NCBI GenBank assembly: GCA_951406725.2
Contig: OX597823.1
Coordinates: 90,024,001 to 90,088,000, forward strand
Source of the DNA: Octopus vulgaris
Taxonomy: Eukaryota
Direction of reading: 5' to 3'
Length of the DNA: 64,000 nt
The position numbers were made by a program, and so were the translations under genes. Every line of letters starts with the position of its first letter. The first letter of the stretch is position 1. The notes below the pieces were generated by a model. The model was not told the origin of the DNA. It searched no databases and saw only the letters and a list, made by a program, of their open reading frames with translations. Positions 58,116-64,000 of this stretch are shown here, in pieces.

Positions 58116-58118
<3 letters not shown>
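56916..58118 (+). mobile_element. 5'-truncated Penelope-like element with a 46-bp perfect inverted terminus, open Asn-rich plus GIY-YIG frame (about 56966-57550) and hammerhead, within (TA)n
   Basis: 56916-56961 is the exact reverse complement of 57918-57963; NSIYQC..FYIG..KRISNH..CNICNSE..CKH. Confidence 0.88.
57831..57912 (+). ncRNA. Type I hammerhead ribozyme with extended stem II
   Basis: CTTTC-CTGATGA-GAAGA...TCTTC-GAAAC-ATAT-GTC-GAGAG: intact core, GUC triplet, palindromic loop III. Confidence 0.85.
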
Positions 58119-58208
<90 letters not shown>

Positions 58209-61200
58209 ACACATATAAGCTATTTCTTATGCAACTCATTGACCTCGAGCTCCACTGGGTGTGTATCACCTGGTTTGTTACGGTTGAAATGGCATTAATG
58301 TTATTTTTTTTATATCGAGTTACTCAAATGGAATTTTTTTAAATGTAAAAACAACGAAGAGCAATAAATCACCTCCGCTACCAATACTGTACACGTTGTG
58401 TTCAAAATAGTGAAGTTATGAAAAATTACTTCGATTCTCATTGGAATTATTGAACACCAACAGCATTTATTTCCCTGGCAATACATCATCATCATCATCA
58501 TCATCAACATCATTTTCATCATCATCATCTTCCTTTAATGTCCATGTCCCATGCTCACATTTGGTATTCAAAGGATAGGAACATTAAGTATGATTTAATG
58601 GAGTCCTTTATTAGTTACGCACCATCGTACAATACTGGTAGTTTTAAACGTGATCTTTGTCTTGGGGTATTATATAATTACTTTTAAATAAATATCATTG
58701 AATTATAAAGGTAATTTTACAATGAAATTTACTCTAAATAACTAAATAACTCATTCTAAATAACTCATTAATTGTAATTGCTTTTCGCATAATATGATGC
58801 GCATATTTTTTCTGAAAAGTTCCTGGCTTTGGATAAAAGAAAATACATAAGAATCAGTTAATTGTGATGTTATTCAACATATTCCTCCCTTACATTCACA
58901 CACATATTGCAGCGGTCCTTCAGTTTTTTAAACCCTGTAAAAAGAAATCGAAATGTTGGGCCTCCAACCAAGCGTCTGTAGCAGTGATCACATCCGAATT
59001 GGAGTGAAATTTTCTTCCCTTGTGAACATTCTTCAGTTGGGGAAGGAGGTGGTAATCGGAGGGGGACAAGCCAGGAGAGTAAGGAGAATGGACTACCTAT
59101 TCGAAACCAAAGTCGCATGTTTTCTGTAGTTTCATGTGTTGTGTATGCTGGTGCATTGTCCTGCAAGAACAGGATATTGCGGCTCAGCTTTCCACGGTGT
59201 TTCTGTTTCAAATTTCCCTGTAGTTCGTCCAACAGAGACATGTAGTATTCTGCATTGATAGATGACTCTATGGTTGGTATTTTATGAGTAGTATTTCGTC
59301 TTTGTCCCAGAACACTTAGGCCATAATCTTTCCAGCTGACCTCTGGCTCCGAAACTTCTCGGAACGCAGTGAACTTATGTGGCACCAGTGCATTGATTGC
59401 TGCTTGGACTGGAGATCATATGACTAAACGAGCCATAAAATTAGCCTCTCTGGCTGCAAACCGGTCCAATATCGCTTTTGATGTTGCCACTCTGATGTGC
59501 TTCTGATCTGCGGTCAGGAATTTCGGCAACCATTTCGCATAAGCTTCCTCATGTCCAGAATGTTGTGGATGATGTGGCCAACACTTTTGCGTGAAATCCC
59601 CAGGGTTTCAGCAATGACTTTAGCTGAAATCTGGCGGTCCTCGAGAATCATGACGTGTACAGCGTCGGCTTTGTCCTCCTCTGTGGCCTCGGAAGCTGGC
59701 CATCCTGATCGGAGTTCATCTGCAACCTCGAAACGATCAGCCTGAAAGCTTAACACCCAGATTTTCATTGTGGAGTAAGATAAGCAGCCATCCTTCAAGA
59801 TTTCTTTCCTCTTGCCATGGATTTCCACTGCTCCTTTGCCTTGCAGAAAGAGGAACTTCATAACCACCCGAGCTACACTTTTACCAAAATCTACCGTAGG
59901 ACCAGTCACCATGAGTTAAATGTGCAAAAAAGAGAAAGATATATTGTATACCATCGAAGTGTTTTGCATAACTTCTCCTAAATAGCTGTCGTACTTCCCC
60001 TGTGAAGTTAAGGGCTCTCTACTTTCACTTTCAGAACTCCCTCCTATACACATACATACACATACGTGTATGTCTTTATCTCGGTGTGTTGTGTGTATGT
60101 GTCTTTGTCCTCCACCAATGCTTGAAAACAGGTGTGGGTGTCTTCATGCCGCTGTAACTTATAAATAAAAAAGACAGATAGAAACAAAGCATATATGAAT
60201 AAATATATGCGTACACACGCACACACATTATAACAAACCAGGAAGTTGAAACAGTTTTAGGTATTATTTATTCCCCATTACACACGTTTCGTTTGTCAAT
60301 AGGAATTGCAAAGTTTTACGTGTTAGTTAAGCATGTCAGAGACTTCCTATTAAAAATTCTTCAGACAGAAAAGTGAATTATACAAAACTTACATTTGGCT
60401 GAAGCGTTTAAATAGATTTAATAAACAGGAGTTTTATAGGAAGTTAGGGGAAGAAGGGGAGCAAATTAAAAAGTAAAGAAAATGGAAGACAGAGTCACAC
60501 ACATACACACACAAGGAACAATGCCATCTTTGATGAAAACTCATTCACTCTATTTTATAAATTTGGGTTAAGTTTATATCTAGAGACAGCACAAAGAAGC
60601 CTTTAAAACTGACTGTTTAACCCCAACTGTGAAGAATGGCAGTGATTCAGGTAGTCATAATATGAAATTCTCTTGGCGCGACATGGCAGATTTAATATCA
60701 AGGATTATCTGAGTATTTTAGCTGACCATATCAATTCAGTGGTGTAAATATTGTTCCCTGATGGGATCACAATCTTCCAGGGCAATAATGGGACAATTCA
60801 CATGGGTAATGTTATTCAGAATATTGTATGAAGACCACCCCTACAATCATTCCACCCTAACATAACTGAACGTTTATGATGCATTTTGGAGTAACAAGGG
60901 AGGAGCTGTTTCCTTCCACCATTGTTGTGGAAAGATCCAAAGAAGGCTTTATTTAAAGAATGGATCAAAATTCCCTTAACAACCATCCAGGACTTGTACA
61001 AGTCAATTCCTCAACATATTAAATCTGTGATTAATGCCAAACATGGACCAATTCCATATTAAATAATAAAACTTCCATTTCATCCTGGTGTTTCCATCAT
61101 TTTATCCAAACTCTTTTAGAGAAACCAGAGAATGGATTATTGAAATTATGTACAGCTTAGTTAGCCATTCAAAGAATTATATTAAGGGTTCACATGCCTG

Positions 61201-61269
61201 TGAAATACCGAAAAGGGTTTTTTTTCTCTTTTACTAAAAACTTCTGTCTTTTATCTTTTTCTTTTTCAG

Positions 61270-61451
61270 CCCATCGATGGATGTTAACTGCCAGTTCGAT
61301 ATTAGGCCGTTTGTTTATCTCTGCAGCTTTTGGAATCGTGTATTTATACTCTTTGGAATTATACCCAACTTGTATAAGAAACGGTGCATTGGGGACGTTA
61401 TCCACCTTTGCCCGTATTGGTGGCGCTTTGGCACCTTACACTCTCAATGTT
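61270..61451 (+). CDS. Duplicated exon 8' (identical to exon 8); alternative exon or pseudo-exon
   Basis: 182 nt identical to 48506-48687 with intact AG/GT. Confidence 0.6.
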
Positions 61452-62179
61452 GTAAGTATTTAAATTCTTTCAGACTTTCTATTCGTTTTGTTGTTCGCCG
61501 CTTTTGTTAGTCCACCCATCGTGGAACCAGCACAACTAGTAAAGAGACAGAGATAGGCTTATCTTTCTATGGATTTACATAACAACATACGAATAAGGAA
61601 ATATTATCCATCAGACCAAGCACAATGGCTATAAACCTTTTGTTACCGTATTTGGGATGAAATACACTGTGTTTGTTTCAAAGATTTTAGTAAACTAGGT
61701 GAGCCTTTTCTTACCGCATTTCTGAAATACACAGCCTTTGTTTTAATTAATTTTGAAATAACGAAGAATTTAGTGGAATAACTTTGTCATTATTAAGCTG
61801 CTACTTCCGATGGTGAGCTGGCAGAATCATTAACAGATTGGAACACAGTTGTCAAATTAAGTACTTTTTCTCTAAATAATTTTTTTGCTTTCAAACTTTT
61901 ATGCTGGTTGTTTTTTTCCTAGCCCTCCCTTACAATTCCTCTTCTTGATGTTTCCATTGATTATTTATTTGCAGCTTTCCACTCATCTGACCAAACGGTT
62001 GTCATTTTCCGATTCCACACGTATTTATTTGTATTGTTGTTTCCTGAATGAATTTGCTTGTGCCTTCTATTATCTGTCCTATGTCTTGATTTCATTTGTC
62101 GTCTGAGAGAAATTAGGTATTGTAATGGTTACTGAGAATATCCCCGCCCCCAGGTATTACTGGGTATCTCAGCTATTAC

Positions 62180-62213
<34 letters not shown>

Positions 62214-62240
62214 ATGTATGCATGTGTATATATATATATA

Positions 62241-62294
<54 letters not shown>

Positions 62295-62296
<2 letters not shown>

Positions 62297-62953
62297 ATAC
62301 GATATAGTTTATATTTAAACACATAACGAATCCACTTATAGGAATTCAAGACGCTAGAAAGAACAGCTAGGTTCTATAACCACAAAAATTAGGGATAAAA
62401 TTCGACACGAACGAATTAAAACATGAAAAACATTTTACCATCTAGTTTCCTGGACCAATTGGTTTCTGATTTTAGTTTAGCGAGTCAAGGAATTCGTTAG
62501 GTGCAATCTTCTAAGCAGGACCACCTAGGGTTAAACATATACACACGGGATGATCAAAACTACTTGCCCTGTGTTTATACGTTCTAACTTTTTTCAAAAT
62601 CCACTGCGCAGCCGCAGTTCTTCGCCGGCAATAATAAAAAACCGCCAACTTTTAAAACCGAAAATTATCCAAACAATTTACAATATTTAATCATATCAAA
62701 AGAAAATGGAAATTAATTAAAATTTACATTTTCGGTAGTCTAATGTGTAAAAAATTTAGTCAAAGCGACTATATATTAGTCATACGATATAGTGTATATT
62801 TAAACACATAAGGAATCCACTTATAGGAATTCAACACGCTAGAAAGAACAGCTAGGTTCTATAACCACAAAAATTAGGGATAAAATTCGACAGGAACGAA
62901 ATGAAAAATGAAAAACATTTTATCATCTAGTTTCCTGGACCAATTGTTTTCTG

Positions 62954-62955
<2 letters not shown>
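62295..62955 (-). mobile_element. Partial tandem Penelope-like repeat with a degenerate hammerhead (62448-62520)
   Basis: 62295-62470 repeats at 62779-62953; TCCTG-CTTAGA-AGATT..AATCA-GAAAC-CAATTG-GTC-CAGGA on the minus strand. Confidence 0.7.
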
Positions 62956-62993
<38 letters not shown>

Positions 62994-63190
62994 TTTGCTG
63001 AAGTGTTTAACTAGATTAAATAAACAGGAATTTTATATATATATATACATGCTGAAATTAGCACTGGATGGACATGGTGGGAACAACTTTGATCATAAGT
63101 GTGCTTGTTCAGTAATGATCTGGGGCCAAACAACAACAAAATAAACAAAACGTTTTTAATTTCCTGCTTTTTTGTGTTTTTTTCTTTCAG

Positions 63191-63354
63191 TCAGATTTGG
63201 TTCCTGGCAAGGTTGGTCGAATAATACCGATGGTTCTTATGGGAGCACTTTCCATAATCGCAGGGCTATTGTCATTGTTGTTACCCGAAACAGACAACAG
63301 GAAAATGATGGACAACTTCAGTGATTTGACCAAATCTGGAGAACTGGAGTTCGC
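63191..63354 (+). CDS. Duplicated exon 9' (5 amino-acid differences from exon 9); alternative exon or pseudo-exon
   Basis: 164 nt, intact splice sites, 8 substitutions versus 50595-50758. Confidence 0.55.
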
Positions 63355-64000
63355 GTAGGTGTCTCTTACATGATTTAAACATCATCATCATCATCATCAT
63401 TGTTAGCATTATCATCATCATAACCATCACTATCAGCAACATAGTAATTATCATCATCTTCATCATCATTATGAACCAAGAAGCCAGCTTTTAATCGATC
63501 ATTCGACTTGCTAGAAATTACACCCTGTCACCTTAGAAAACGAAGGACACGTTGAATATTGAGGCACAATGGTCAGAAAACAATGCAGATTTTTTTAAGG
63601 CTGGAATGCCTTTGACCATAGGTCTCCTCAGTCTGAAGAAATCTGGGTTACTTGGTGGCAATTTTTTGTTTGGGTAAGGGTCTGAGCCCATAGCCATTGT
63701 GGAACTCTTCGACTTTGGTAACTCTGATGCCGTTAGCATTTCTCTTGTTGTGTTGTAAGTGAATGGCCACTGGGAGAAAGTGTCAGAAGAACAATGTCCT
63801 GGAAAGGAAAGTTTAACTGTTGTAGTTAGCAGTGCTGTAGCATGGGCAAGACCAAAGGACAGTTACTATGGACTCAAAATTCTTAGAGGCACAAGATTCC
63901 AAAAGAAAAATTAAAGCGGTTGTCTGATAGGGTGTTTGCTTCCCAACCACGTGGTTGCAGGTTCTGTTCCACTGCATGACACCTTGAGAAAGTGTTCTGT

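Larger units (their letters stand above)
58561..64000 (+). repeat. Tandem segmental duplicate of about 45530-51390 (3' part of the SLC22 gene), continuing beyond the window
   Basis: Colinear match from ttggtattcaaagga through the mariner relic, Tc1 relic, exon 8, exon 9 and the following intron, with scattered substitutions and indels. Confidence 0.95.

Overview
AT-rich, microsatellite-dense animal DNA, very likely octopus/coleoid (inferred from the SINE families and the RTE, Penelope and Helitron content). It holds one host gene: a 10-exon SLC22-family organic cation/anion transporter on the + strand (ATG 7465 to TAA 52357). I assembled it by hand from GT-AG sites and phases; it gives about 553 aa if a single extra T in a T10 run in exon 7 is removed. 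The 3' part of the gene (from about 45530, including exons 8-9) is tandemly duplicated from 58561 to the window end. Introns are filled with decayed elements: an almost full-length RTE LINE nested in an inverted-repeat element, R4/Dong-like fragments next to (TAA)n, mariner/Tc1 relics, Helitrons, solo LTRs and tRNA-derived SINEs. The most striking unexplained layer is a dense set of Penelope-derived pieces, many in (TA)n tracts, with inverted or tandem termini, Asn-rich linkers, GIY-YIG domains and more than a dozen hammerhead-ribozyme motifs. Several motifs have intact cores and long stem II inserts, and two form a tandem pair 560 nt apart (retrozyme-like). All calls were made by eye, without database searches; repeat boundaries are approximate.
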